A stretch of DNA of 59,259 bases, the filler included. It is 5 parts of 5 records of this genome, joined end to end, with 100 filler letters (N's around TTAATTAATTAA, not from the genome) between each part and the next. Parts side by side here need not be neighbours in the genome. Positions count along the whole stretch, not along the records: positions 23,814 to 37,543 come from SRR20825019_2429; positions 37,644 to 53,516 come from SRR20825019_2430; 3 more parts are not named here. One strand, 5' to 3'. Positions 37,390 to 46,993 of this stretch are shown piece after piece. Made by a program: the position numbers and the translations under genes. Numbering within the stretch: the first letter of the stretch is position 1; each line of letters opens with the position of its first letter. The notes beneath the pieces were generated by a model, which was given only the letters and a program-made list of their open reading frames with translations, made no database searches and had not been told where the DNA came from.

Positions 37390-37504
37390 GTCATTCCCGG
37401 CGCGCGGCCTTGGACGCAAGGGAAGGAAATCCACACTTCAAAGGTCAAGCAACCGTCTCACGATTGACTGCTGCGCTATGGACCCCCGCCTTCGCGGGGG
37501 TGAC
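37390..37504. repeat. REP/RPE-like palindromic element
   Basis: Left arm GTCATTCCCG...GAAATCCA and right arm TGGACCCCCGCCTTCGCGGGGGTGAC with an internal hairpin. Confidence 0.65.
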
Positions 37505-37543
37505 AACGAGCATGCCAAACAAAAAAGGCCGGGCAAACCCGAC

Positions 37544-37643
37544 NNNNNNNNNNNNNNNNNNNNNNNNNNNNNNNNNNNNNNNNNNNNTTAATTAATTAAN
37601 NNNNNNNNNNNNNNNNNNNNNNNNNNNNNNNNNNNNNNNNNNN
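37544..37643. other. Artificial contig-joining spacer
   Basis: N44-TTAATTAATTAA-N44. Confidence 0.99.
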
Positions 37644-37743
37644 CCATCTCGTATTTGATCGGCTGGCCGCCGATCGGGACTTCGACGATAACATTGATAT
37701 CGTCGGGCGGGTTCTTGCCGATCGCAATCGCTTCAATACGCAT
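37644..37743 (-). CDS. ppa: Inorganic pyrophosphatase, N-terminus only (truncated; absent from the ORF track)
   Basis: Manual translation [41 protein letters not shown]. Confidence 0.88.
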
Positions 37744-37854
37744 CAGGGTCTCCAGAAAAGGGGAAGAATTTCGCGCCTTGGATAGCCAAATTGCCCCGAC
37801 AAAGCAACCGCGCGAAGACAGTTGGGCAATCGGAATGGATGCATGGATGAAGGA

Positions 37855-38361
37855 TCATTCCCAGATATAGGAAACCTTGCCGAGCACCTGCCCGCCATGC
37901 TCTTCCTCGGCGAAGGCGAAAGGCTTGCCGCCGAGCGCGGTGAAGAAGATGCCGGCGTGATCGAGCGCATCGAAACACCAGCAGATCGTGCCCTTGCAGC
38001 CCAGCGAGGCCAGCAACCGACGCGCTTCTGCAAACAGCACCCGGCCGAAGCCGAGACCCTGATATTCCGGCAGAAGATAGATCTCGTAGATCTCGCCTTC
38101 CTGGGGCAGCGCCTTGACGCGGTTGAGGCCGACGCTGGCATAGCCGACCGGCTGGCCCTGAACCTCCAGCACCAGCAGCGTCTCCTCGCTGGCGATCGCA
38201 TTCTTCCACCAGGCGATATTGCGGCGCGAAATCATGTCATGAAGCGCACGGTGAGGAAGGATGCCGGCATAGACCTGATGCCATGCCAGCCAGTGCACCC
38301 TTGCGATTTTCTCGGCGTCGGCCACTTCTGCGGGCCGCACGTCGCTGGACAATATCCTCAT
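37855..38361 (-). CDS. GNAT family N-acetyltransferase
   Basis: VRPAEVADA N-terminus; EIYLLPEYQGLGFGRVL acetyl-CoA motif. Confidence 0.9.
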   Translation of the reverse strand: MRILSSDVRPAEVADAEKIARVHWLAWHQVYAGILPHRALHDMISRRNIAWWKNAIASEETLLVLEVQGQPVGYASVGLNRVKALPQEGEIYEIYLLPEYQGLGFGRVLFAEARRLLASLGCKGTICWCFDALDHAGIFFTALGGKPFAFAEEEHGGQVLGKVSYIWE

Positions 38362-38458
38362 CGTTTCCAACCAGCGTATCATTGCGGTTAAGACCCAAGG
38401 ATAGGACAAACTGAGCCGATTGCCCATCAAAATTAATTTACCGGGTCTGCAGCGCGGT

Positions 38459-39505
38459 TTACCGCTGCGAAATCTCGGCGTTGCGGCGGTGATGAAACGC
38501 GTCGGCCGTCGCGGCGACCAGACTGGCGGGCGCGGTCTGATCGTCGAACACGGCTGCGATTTCGATCACATGGCTGCGGTCGCGCAACGCGGACAGGGCC
38601 GGCAGCGCGTCCCCCTGAAGCCTTGCCATATCCTTGGCCGTGGTCACCGGCAGCAAAGCCTCCGCGTCGGCATCGGCGAGCAGGACCCGCGCCATTGCCT
38701 CGGTGACGGGCTGATGATCGGCAAGGGCGACGGCGCGACGAACCTTTGCTCCAAGCCCCTCGAGGGTTGCGAAAAACTTCTCCGGATCGCCGATGCCGGC
38801 ATAGGCAAGAACATCCCTGCCTGACACGTCCTCGCCGCCGGAAACCGGCATCTGATGCAACACGGCGACCGGCACATGGGCGCTGCGGGCGGCGCGGCGC
38901 ACCGTTTCTTCCTCGCCGCCCGTGCCATTCAGCAAGACAGCGTCGACCTTCGGAAACTGGGATTCAAGCGGCGCGCGAAGCGGACCCGCCGGCAGGCAAC
39001 GGCCATTGCCGAAGCCGCGCCTGGCATCGACCACCGCGACCGCGAAATCGGGTTTCAGCCGCCCGCTCTGCAAGCCGTCATCCATGATGATGAAATCGAC
39101 GCCCGCCTGTTCCAGAAGCGCTGCCGCGTCGGTGCGCGCGGGCGAGACCGCGACCGGCGCCAGCCGCGACAGCATCAGCGCCTCGTCGCCGACATCGCGG
39201 AAACTGTGGCGCGCCGGATCGACCAGCACCGCGCCGTCGACCTTGCCGCCATAGCCGCGCAGCAGAAAGCCCGGCCGCCTGCCGCTTTCGCGCGCTGCCC
39301 GCGCCAGCGCTTCGGCCACGGGGGTCTTGCCAGTGCCGCCGACGGTAAAATTGCCGACGCACAGAACCGGCACGCCGGCCCGGGCGCCAACCGCGCGCGC
39401 CATCCGGCGACCGGCGACAGCGGCGTAAATCCAGGAGGCGGGAAGAAGAAGGAGGCTCAAGGGATGGCCGCGCTTCCACCAGAAGGCCCGTGTCGTTTTC
39501 GTCAT
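38459..39505 (-). CDS. lpxK: Tetraacyldisaccharide 4'-kinase
   Basis: VGNFTVGGTGKTP, RGYGG, GDEA, DDGLQ and LPAGPLR motifs. Confidence 0.96.
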   Translation of the reverse strand: MTKTTRAFWWKRGHPLSLLLLPASWIYAAVAGRRMARAVGARAGVPVLCVGNFTVGGTGKTPVAEALARAARESGRRPGFLLRGYGGKVDGAVLVDPARHSFRDVGDEALMLSRLAPVAVSPARTDAAALLEQAGVDFIIMDDGLQSGRLKPDFAVAVVDARRGFGNGRCLPAGPLRAPLESQFPKVDAVLLNGTGGEEETVRRAARSAHVPVAVLHQMPVSGGEDVSGRDVLAYAGIGDPEKFFATLEGLGAKVRRAVALADHQPVTEAMARVLLADADAEALLPVTTAKDMARLQGDALPALSALRDRSHVIEIAAVFDDQTAPASLVAATADAFHHRRNAEISQR

Positions 39506-39703
39506 GGCGGGCACAACTCTCTGTCAGACCCCGGAGCATTGCGCTTTGTCAGGCAATCGCACCCGACAGCGCGTTACGGTACAATAAACAGATAGAACGG
39601 GTAAACCATTCCGTGAAGAGCCGGTCCGCAGCCGCCGGCTTGGTCGCGCGCCATGAGATGGGCCGGCCGCGTGCACCCGCAATCCCACCGCCCCGGGGCG
39701 ACG

Positions 39704-41095
39704 TCACTGCACCGCCTTGCGCAGGTTCTGGTCGGGCGATCGCTCCGGAACAATCGGCAGGCGCTTCTTCTCCGGCACGGCCTTGGGACGCGCGGAGAAC
39801 CGGGCTTCGAGAATGAGCGGCGCAAGATAGCGCTCGAGCCCCTTCATGGTGCGGATCAGCGCGCCCCGCATGTCGCGCACCCCGGCATAGCCGGCGGCGA
39901 TCATGTGCTCGCGCGCGGTCTCGTCACGCAAAAGCAGGTCGACCGATTGCAGCAACGCCTCCGGACCATCGACGGTGCGGACCGCGCCGCGCTGGCGCAA
40001 CTGGCGATAGGTATCGCGGAAATTGTCGACATGCTGACCGGTCAGGATCGCGGTTCCAAGCATGGCGGGTTCCAGCGGGTTCTGGCCGCCACGCGCCGTC
40101 ATCGAGCGGCCGACGAAGGCAATGTCGGTCAGACGGAGATAGAGCCCCATATCGCCGATCGTGTCGCCGAGATAGATGTCGGTCGCCTCGTCCGGGCGTT
40201 CGCCGAGCGAGCGGCGCTTGACCGAAAGTCCTTCGGCCGAAAACAGGGAGGCAAGCGCGTCGCCGCGATCGGGATGACGGGGAACGATGATGGTCAGGAG
40301 GCCGGGATGGCTTTCCTTGAGCGCGGCATGCACGTCGGCTGCATTTTTTTCCTCGCCGTCGAAGGTCGAGATCGCCGCCCAGACCGGGCGCCCGCCGATT
40401 TCGCTCTTGAGGGTCTCCAGGGCATCGTCATCGACAGGCGGCGCGCTGCGGTCGACCTTGAGATTGCCGGTAACCAGGACATGCAACGCCCCGAGATCGG
40501 CAAAGCGCTCGGCATCGAGCTCCGTCTGCGCCATGACCAGCGAAAACCGCGAGAACATCGTGCGGGCAAGCTCTCGGCGCTGCATCCAACGCTGGAACGA
40601 TCGATCCGAAATCCGTCCATTGACGACAACCTGCGCGATCTTGCGCTTGGCAAGCTCAGCGATCGTGACCGGCCAGACCTCGGTTTCGACATTGATCGCA
40701 AGGTCCGGACGCCAGTGATCGAGAAAGCGTGTTACCGCTGGCAATGCATCAAGCGGGACATATTGATGGATGACCGTATCCCCGAAACGCTCTGCGGCCA
40801 GACGCGCGGACGTGACGGTTCCGGTGGTCAGCAAAACCGTGATGCCGAATTCGTTGATATTCTGGACGACCGAGGTAACGGCGAGCGTTTCGCCCACACT
40901 CGCGGCGTGTATCCAGACGAGCGGACCTTCCGGCCTTTGCCGGTCGGTGCGGCCGAAGCGCTCATTGAGGCGGCTTCGCTCTTCCTTTCCGCGCCTGACG
41001 CGATGATAGAGGATCGGCCGTAACAGCGGATAGCCGAGAATCCCGCCAAGTCGGTATGTGTTGCGGGCCAACCAAATAGAAATGCCAGATCTCAT
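39704..41095 (-). CDS. waaA: Kdo transferase
   Basis: WIHAASVGE, ETEVWP, VPRHPDR, DTIGDM and GGQNPLEPA motifs. Confidence 0.96.
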   Translation of the reverse strand: MRSGISIWLARNTYRLGGILGYPLLRPILYHRVRRGKEERSRLNERFGRTDRQRPEGPLVWIHAASVGETLAVTSVVQNINEFGITVLLTTGTVTSARLAAERFGDTVIHQYVPLDALPAVTRFLDHWRPDLAINVETEVWPVTIAELAKRKIAQVVVNGRISDRSFQRWMQRRELARTMFSRFSLVMAQTELDAERFADLGALHVLVTGNLKVDRSAPPVDDDALETLKSEIGGRPVWAAISTFDGEEKNAADVHAALKESHPGLLTIIVPRHPDRGDALASLFSAEGLSVKRRSLGERPDEATDIYLGDTIGDMGLYLRLTDIAFVGRSMTARGGQNPLEPAMLGTAILTGQHVDNFRDTYRQLRQRGAVRTVDGPEALLQSVDLLLRDETAREHMIAAGYAGVRDMRGALIRTMKGLERYLAPLILEARFSARPKAVPEKKRLPIVPERSPDQNLRKAVQ

Positions 41096-41406
41096 TCCCT
41101 TGTCCGTATACCCCGTTCTAGTGCATCGGATCAGCGGCCGCACCCACCACCATTGCGCGAATCATCCTACGTCAAAAAATAACATTTAAAAACAGGGAGA
41201 ACCATATCCTAAATATTCTACCAAAACTCTTCAGGCTGACCCGGAACGAAGTTCTTTTCTTTATTTTATAAAGACTTCATCTGCTTTATTTTAAAGCAAC
41301 TGCTTAAATTAATGCCGCTGCGGTTGCAGAGACGCCAAAGGGCGAGCGCGCTTTCGAGGCAAAAGCAGTTACCTATTTTGCGTCCGGAAGCGCGGAAATA
41401 CAATAC

Positions 41407-41640
41407 TCATGATTCCGGATCGAGAAGCCGGTGCAGATGGACGATGAAATACCGCATATGGGCATTGTCAACGGTCTGCTGCGCCCTGGACTTCCAGGCC
41501 GCGTGGGCGCTGGCGTAGTTGGGATAGATACCGACAATGTCGAGCGCGCCCAGGTCGGTGAACCGGACGCCCTTCAGGCTTTCGAGTTCTCCGCCGAATA
41601 CGAGGTGCAGGAGTTGCTTGTTTTCAACCGTATCAGCCAT
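41407..41640 (-). CDS. DUF4170 protein
   Basis: LLHLVFGGEL...VGIYPNY...VDNAHMRYFIVHLHRLLDP; typical neighbour of waaA in rhizobia. Confidence 0.85.
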   Translation of the reverse strand: MADTVENKQLLHLVFGGELESLKGVRFTDLGALDIVGIYPNYASAHAAWKSRAQQTVDNAHMRYFIVHLHRLLDPES

Positions 41641-41713
41641 TTCAGATCTCTCTTTGCTCTGTTCCTCCCGCCACTGCGTGTCCCGGTTTTGACCGCTTTT
41701 GTCAAGTGACGGG

Positions 41714-42532
41714 TCAGATCGCGGCCGGCGGCGCGAACTCGGCCATCAGCATCCCGACCAGCGCCTGATTTCCCGCAAACAGCGTCCCGTGGCGAAGCGC
41801 GCGGCGATTATAGGTCAGCGACCGGCCCACGTCATCCACCAGCGCAGCTCCGGCCGAGGCAAGGATGATATCGGCGGCGGCCAGATCCCAATCATGGGAA
41901 TTAGGCCTTACAAGTGTGGCATCAAGACGGCCATCGGCAACCAAAGCCAGCCTGTAGGCGAGTGAAGGAATATGCGCGGCCTTGTTGACCCGCGCGCGAA
42001 ATGGCGGACTGAAGCCATCAAGCATGGTCGCAGGCAGGCAGAGTTCCAGATTTCCGGTCTCGCCATGACGGGAAGACGACGCAATCGGCTCACCGTTCTT
42101 CAGCGCCGGCCCGCCGAGAGCGGCGGTAAACACCTCGTCGAGCGCGGGAGCGACGAGAACGCCTGCGATAGGGCGGCCGCCCCGCACCACCGCGACGCTG
42201 ACCATCCAGTTCTTCTTGCCCTTGAGAAACCCGCGCGTTCCATCGATCGGATCGACGATGAAGGTGGCATCCGCGTCCAGCCGGGTGAAGTCATCGCCGC
42301 TTTCCTCAGAAAGCCAGCCGTAATCCGGTCGCGCCTTGCGCAGCAGATCTTCCAGGCATTCATTGGCGGCGAAATCGGCGGCGCTGACCGGAGACTGGCC
42401 GGCATTCTTCCACCAGACTTCGGGGTTCCGGCCGAAATGGGAAAGCGCCACCGCGCCTGCCTCACGCGCCGCATCGGTAATCAGCGCAAGATCGGCGCGT
42501 ATATCGGCATCCGGCCCGGCTGGTTCGGCCAT
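41714..42532 (-). CDS. Inositol monophosphatase / CysQ family protein
   Basis: LSEE, VDPIDGTRGF and DWDLAAA motifs. Confidence 0.92.
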   Translation of the reverse strand: MAEPAGPDADIRADLALITDAAREAGAVALSHFGRNPEVWWKNAGQSPVSAADFAANECLEDLLRKARPDYGWLSEESGDDFTRLDADATFIVDPIDGTRGFLKGKKNWMVSVAVVRGGRPIAGVLVAPALDEVFTAALGGPALKNGEPIASSSRHGETGNLELCLPATMLDGFSPPFRARVNKAAHIPSLAYRLALVADGRLDATLVRPNSHDWDLAAADIILASAGAALVDDVGRSLTYNRRALRHGTLFAGNQALVGMLMAEFAPPAAI

Positions 42533-42540
42533 GGCAGACC

Positions 42541-43887
42541 TCACGATCCGGCGAGGGTGACGCCCTCGACAAGAATGCTGGGGGTTGCGATCGAGAACCG
42601 GCGGTCGATGTCGTTTGCCGGGGTCATCGCCATGAACATGTCTTTCAGATTGCCGGCTATCGTCATCTGCGACACCGGATAGGCGATCTCGCCATTCTCG
42701 ATCCAGAACCCGCTCGCGCCGCGCGAATATTCGCCGGTCACCATGTTGACGCCATGGCCGATCAGTTCGGTCACGTAAAGTCCGGACCCGATTTCGGCCA
42801 TCAATTCCGCGGGCGTCTTGCCGCCGGGCTCCAGCACCAGGTTTGTCGGCGCCGCAGAGAGCGAATTGCCGGATCTGGTGCCGCGGCCATTGGTCTCAAG
42901 CCCGAGTTCCCGGCCAAGCGCTGTCGACAGGTACCATTGCCGCAACACGCCGTCCTCGACCATGACAAGCCGCTCGCTTTTCACCCCTTCGCCATCGAAG
43001 GGCTGGGAGCCGGCGCCGCGACGTATCGCCGGATCATCGATCACGTTCAGCCCGGCCTTGAGCACCGGCTTGCCCAGGCGATCCCTGAGAAAGCTGGTCT
43101 TGCGCGCGACGGACGAGCCCGAGATCGCGCCGGCGAGACTGCCGATCAGGCTTGCGGCAAGACGCGGCTCGAAGATCACGGCGGCGTTGCGCAGCGTCGG
43201 CACCTGACGGGGCGAGAGCCGCGCCGCGGCCCGCTCCCCGGCCTTGCGGCCAATCTCTTCCGGCCGGTCGAGATCGCCGTCATGGGCGCGCGCATCATAA
43301 TCATGATCGCGCTGCATGCCCGCGCCCTCGCCCGCCACGACCGAGACCGACACGGAGGAATATGAACGCCGGTATCCGCCGGAAAAACCGTCGGAGGTCA
43401 CCAGCACGAAGCCGACCTCGCCGCGCGAGGCGCCCGCGCCCGAGCTTTTGGTGACGCCGTCTACCTGAAGCGCTGCCTGTTCGGCCGAAATCGCGCGTTC
43501 GGCAAGCGCCTCGGGCGAGACCTCGACATCGTCGTAGAGGTCGAGGTCCGGCGCGTCGCGGGCAAGCCGGGCGCTGTCGGCAAGGCTGGCATAGGGGTCT
43601 TCCGGCGAGACGGCGGCCATGGCGAGCGCCCGTTCGACCAGGGTATCGATATCGCTATCGTCATTGGTTGAGACGGTCGCGACCTTGGCGCCGCGAAAAA
43701 CCCTCAGCGAAAAGCCCCTGTTTTCGGAAGCCTTGGCATTTTCGCGCTTTCCGTCGCGCACCGAGATACCGTTCGAGGCGCCTTCGGAGACGACGACATC
43801 GGCCGCATCTGCGCCCTTTCGTCTCGCGACGTCGAGAATCTTCGACGCGCTGTCGATCAATTGAACGGGAACCCTTGATGATGTCAT
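42541..43887 (-). CDS. pmbA: TldD/PmbA family protein (PmbA/TldE type)
   Basis: FDGEG, GVNMVTGEYSRGASGFWIENGEI and TIAGNL motifs; no HExxxH. Confidence 0.88.
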   Translation of the reverse strand: MTSSRVPVQLIDSASKILDVARRKGADAADVVVSEGASNGISVRDGKRENAKASENRGFSLRVFRGAKVATVSTNDDSDIDTLVERALAMAAVSPEDPYASLADSARLARDAPDLDLYDDVEVSPEALAERAISAEQAALQVDGVTKSSGAGASRGEVGFVLVTSDGFSGGYRRSYSSVSVSVVAGEGAGMQRDHDYDARAHDGDLDRPEEIGRKAGERAAARLSPRQVPTLRNAAVIFEPRLAASLIGSLAGAISGSSVARKTSFLRDRLGKPVLKAGLNVIDDPAIRRGAGSQPFDGEGVKSERLVMVEDGVLRQWYLSTALGRELGLETNGRGTRSGNSLSAAPTNLVLEPGGKTPAELMAEIGSGLYVTELIGHGVNMVTGEYSRGASGFWIENGEIAYPVSQMTIAGNLKDMFMAMTPANDIDRRFSIATPSILVEGVTLAGS

Positions 43888-43989
43888 GGCTTTGGCCTTT
43901 CCTTGCGCCCTCATTTATTGTTCACTTCATTGCGCATCAAGTGCCGTTGCGCCGGCCCTCCCGTTTTCTTGCAATCCAGGACCTCTTTT

Positions 43990-45798
43990 ATGGCAACTAC
44001 GCAGAGCCTTTTCACCGAAACCGTATGGATGCTGGGGGCCGCCACCATTGCCGCGCCCCTGTTCAAGCGACTCGGCCTCGGCACGGTTCTCGGCTATCTG
44101 GCCGGCGGGATCGTGATCGGCCCGGTGTTGCAGCGCATCAGCAACGGTGAGGAGGTGCTGCATGTTGCCGAACTCGGGATCGTATTCCTTCTGTTCATGA
44201 TCGGACTGGAACTGAAGCCGGCCAGGCTCTGGACCATGCGCAAGGATATTTTCGGGCTTGGCCTTGCCCAGGTGCTGGTGACCGGCGCTTTGCTGGTGCC
44301 GCTTGCCAAATTCGGCGGGATCGGGAACTGGCCGGCGGCCGTGATCGCGGGGTTTGGCCTGGCGCTGTCGTCCACCGCCTTTGCGATGCAGATCCTCGAC
44401 GACAGCGGCGACGTCAACACCCGCTATGGCCAGCGTTCTTTCTCGATGCTGCTGTTCCAGGATATCGCGATCGTGCCCCTTCTGGCGCTCGCCAGCATTC
44501 TGGGCGGCAGCGTGGAGGAGGCGAGCACCTCGGACATGCTGATGAATGCCGGGATTGCAGCCGGCGTCGTCGCGCTGATGATCGCCGCCGGCCGTTATGT
44601 GCTGACACCGGTGTTCCAGATCATCGCCGCGACCGGCGCGCGCGAGGTGATGATCGTGGCCGCGTTGTTCCTGGTCATCGGCGCGGCGATGATGATGCAG
44701 ATGGTCGGGCTGTCGATGGCGATGGGCGCGTTTCTCGCCGGCGTCATGCTCGCCGAATCGTCCTACCGCCATGAACTCGAGGCCGATATCGAACCCTTCC
44801 GCGGCGTATTCCTTGCGGTTTTCTTCATCGCTGTCGGCCTGTCGCTCGAACTCACCGTGGTCTACGAGAACATCCTGCTGATCCTCATCGCGGTTCCGGT
44901 TCTGATCGCCGTCAAGGCCGCCGTCATCTACGGGCTATGTCGCCTGACGGGTTCGCCCCATGAGGACGCGATCCGGATTGCAGCGCTTTTGCCGCAGGGC
45001 GGCGAATTCGGCTTCGTGATGTTTTCGACGGCCGCCGCCGCCGGCATCTTCTCCAACGCGACAGCTTCGCTGCTGATCGCGATCGTCACGGTCTCGATGG
45101 TCGCAACGCCGCTCTGCGTCCGTCTGGCCGAGCGGCTTTACGCCCGCCACGAGGCGCATGAGGAGATGGAGGAGGATTTCGAGGGCGCCAGCGCCGACGT
45201 GCTGATGATCGGGTTTTCGCGCTTCGGCCAGATCGCCGCGCAAATCCTGCTGGCGAGCGGTCGCGAGGTCACGATCATCGACTTTTCCGCCGATCGAATC
45301 CGTCAGGCCTCGGCCTTCGGCTTCCATATCTATTTCGGCGACGGCACCCGCAAGGACGTGCTGATCGCCGCCGGCATCGAGAAGGCAAAGATCGTTGCCG
45401 TCTGCACCCAGAGGCGCGAGATCACCGACCGGGTGATCGATGTGGTGCAGGAGAATTTCCCGCGCGCCCACATCTATGCCCGCTCCTACGATCGCGGCCA
45501 CACGCTGGCGCTCAGACAGCGCGGCGTCGAATACGAATTGCGCGAAACGCTGGAATCCGGCCTCGCCTTCGGTCGCGAGACCCTGGTGGCGCTCGGCACC
45601 AGCGAGGAGGAGGCGATCGCGATCACCGACGATATCCGCAAGCGCGACGCCAAGCGGCTGGAGATCCAGGCGGTCGAGGGCATCATGGCCGGTTCCGACA
45701 TGCTCCACACCCACCCCGTCAGCCCCGAACCGCTGATGCGCCCCAAGCGCCGGCAGCTCGACCCGACCGTGAAGGTGACCGGCAAGGACATGGCGTAG
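43990..45798 (+). CDS. CPA2 potassium/proton antiporter, KefB/KefC type with TrkA-N domain
   Basis: IGLELKP, LALSSTA, RHELEADIEPF and FGDGTR motifs. Confidence 0.93.
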   Translation: MATTQSLFTETVWMLGAATIAAPLFKRLGLGTVLGYLAGGIVIGPVLQRISNGEEVLHVAELGIVFLLFMIGLELKPARLWTMRKDIFGLGLAQVLVTGALLVPLAKFGGIGNWPAAVIAGFGLALSSTAFAMQILDDSGDVNTRYGQRSFSMLLFQDIAIVPLLALASILGGSVEEASTSDMLMNAGIAAGVVALMIAAGRYVLTPVFQIIAATGAREVMIVAALFLVIGAAMMMQMVGLSMAMGAFLAGVMLAESSYRHELEADIEPFRGVFLAVFFIAVGLSLELTVVYENILLILIAVPVLIAVKAAVIYGLCRLTGSPHEDAIRIAALLPQGGEFGFVMFSTAAAAGIFSNATASLLIAIVTVSMVATPLCVRLAERLYARHEAHEEMEEDFEGASADVLMIGFSRFGQIAAQILLASGREVTIIDFSADRIRQASAFGFHIYFGDGTRKDVLIAAGIEKAKIVAVCTQRREITDRVIDVVQENFPRAHIYARSYDRGHTLALRQRGVEYELRETLESGLAFGRETLVALGTSEEEAIAITDDIRKRDAKRLEIQAVEGIMAGSDMLHTHPVSPEPLMRPKRRQLDPTVKVTGKDMA

Positions 45799-45836
45799 AC
45801 CGCATTCGAGGCTGCGTTTTCGGCCTGCCCGGAAAC

Positions 45837-46991
45837 TCAGGCCGCGCTGTAGACGCGTTCCCCGGCAATGTAGCTGGCGGAAAGCGCGAGGTCTTCGGTC
45901 AGCAGAACCATGTCGGCATCAGCGCCCGGCGTCAGCCGCCCCTTCGATGACGCGCCCACGGCGTCAGCCGGATAGAGCGAGGCCATGCTGAGCGCTTGCT
46001 CAAGCGGCACGCCCAGCATGTCGCGGACATTTTTTACGCAGGTGAGCAGATCGGTGTCGGCGCCGGCGAGCGTTCCGTCGGCAAGCGTCAGCCGGCCATC
46101 CTTGCGGTAGATCGTGCGGCCGTTGAGCTCGAAACTCTGAAGCTCCGTGCCGGTCACAGACATCGCGTCGGAAACGAGGAATATTTTCCCAGGCCCTGCC
46201 TTTGCCCTCAGCGCAATCCCCATCGCCACCGGGTCGACATGGTATCCGTCGGCAATCAGCCCGCAGGAAAATCCGCCATCGGAGAGCACCGCGCCGACCA
46301 TGCCGGGCTCGCGATGGGCGAGCGGGCTCATCGCGTTGAAAAGATGCGTCGCCATTGTGGCGCCCGCAAACCGGTATTCCCGCGCAACCGCGCAGGACGC
46401 GTTGGTATGGCCGAGGCTGACGATATAGCCCGCCGCCTTCAGCCGGGCGACCTGCTGGCGGGTGACGTTTTCAGGCGCGACCGTGAGCAACCCGACGCCG
46501 AAACTGCCGGCATGTTCCACCAGATAATCGCAATCCTCCGTCTCCATCGGCCGGATCAGGGCGGGGTCATGCGTGCCCTTTTTCGCAAGCGAGAGATGCG
46601 GGCCTTCGAGATGCAGGCCGAGATAGCCCGGAACGCCCGCTTCCCATGCCGCCTTGCCGGCGGCGACCGCCGCGTGCAGCACATCCGGCCGGTCGGTGAT
46701 CAGCGTCGGCAGCAGCGCGGTGACGCCGGAGCGGATCTGGGCGGCGCATATGGTGCGAAGCCCCTCGATATCCGGCGCGTTGTTGAACAGCAGGCCGCCG
46801 CCGCCATTGACCTGAAGATCGACAAAGCCGGGCGCCAGGACCTGGCCATCGGCCGGGATGATCTCGCATTCGTCCGGAATGTGGCGCGCCGAGACGATTG
46901 CCTCGATGCCTTCCGTGGAAAACACCAGCGCGCGGCCTTCGAGAAAGCCTTCGCCATCGAATATCCGTGCGCCGCGGATCGCCTTCTTCAT
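45837..46991 (-). CDS. nagA: N-acetylglucosamine-6-phosphate deacetylase
   Basis: PGFVDLQVNG, HLEGP, THLFNAM, IADGYH and GTLAG motifs; real start MKKAIRG at 46991. Confidence 0.95.
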   Translation of the reverse strand: MKKAIRGARIFDGEGFLEGRALVFSTEGIEAIVSARHIPDECEIIPADGQVLAPGFVDLQVNGGGGLLFNNAPDIEGLRTICAAQIRSGVTALLPTLITDRPDVLHAAVAAGKAAWEAGVPGYLGLHLEGPHLSLAKKGTHDPALIRPMETEDCDYLVEHAGSFGVGLLTVAPENVTRQQVARLKAAGYIVSLGHTNASCAVAREYRFAGATMATHLFNAMSPLAHREPGMVGAVLSDGGFSCGLIADGYHVDPVAMGIALRAKAGPGKIFLVSDAMSVTGTELQSFELNGRTIYRKDGRLTLADGTLAGADTDLLTCVKNVRDMLGVPLEQALSMASLYPADAVGASSKGRLTPGADADMVLLTEDLALSASYIAGERVYSAA

Positions 46992-46993
46992 GA

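Noticed and set aside
39506-39703. About 200-bp gap between waaA and lpxK as an sRNA or small ORF (83-aa ORF 39574-39825)
   Set aside because: No convincing structure or coding signal; likely just an internal promoter.
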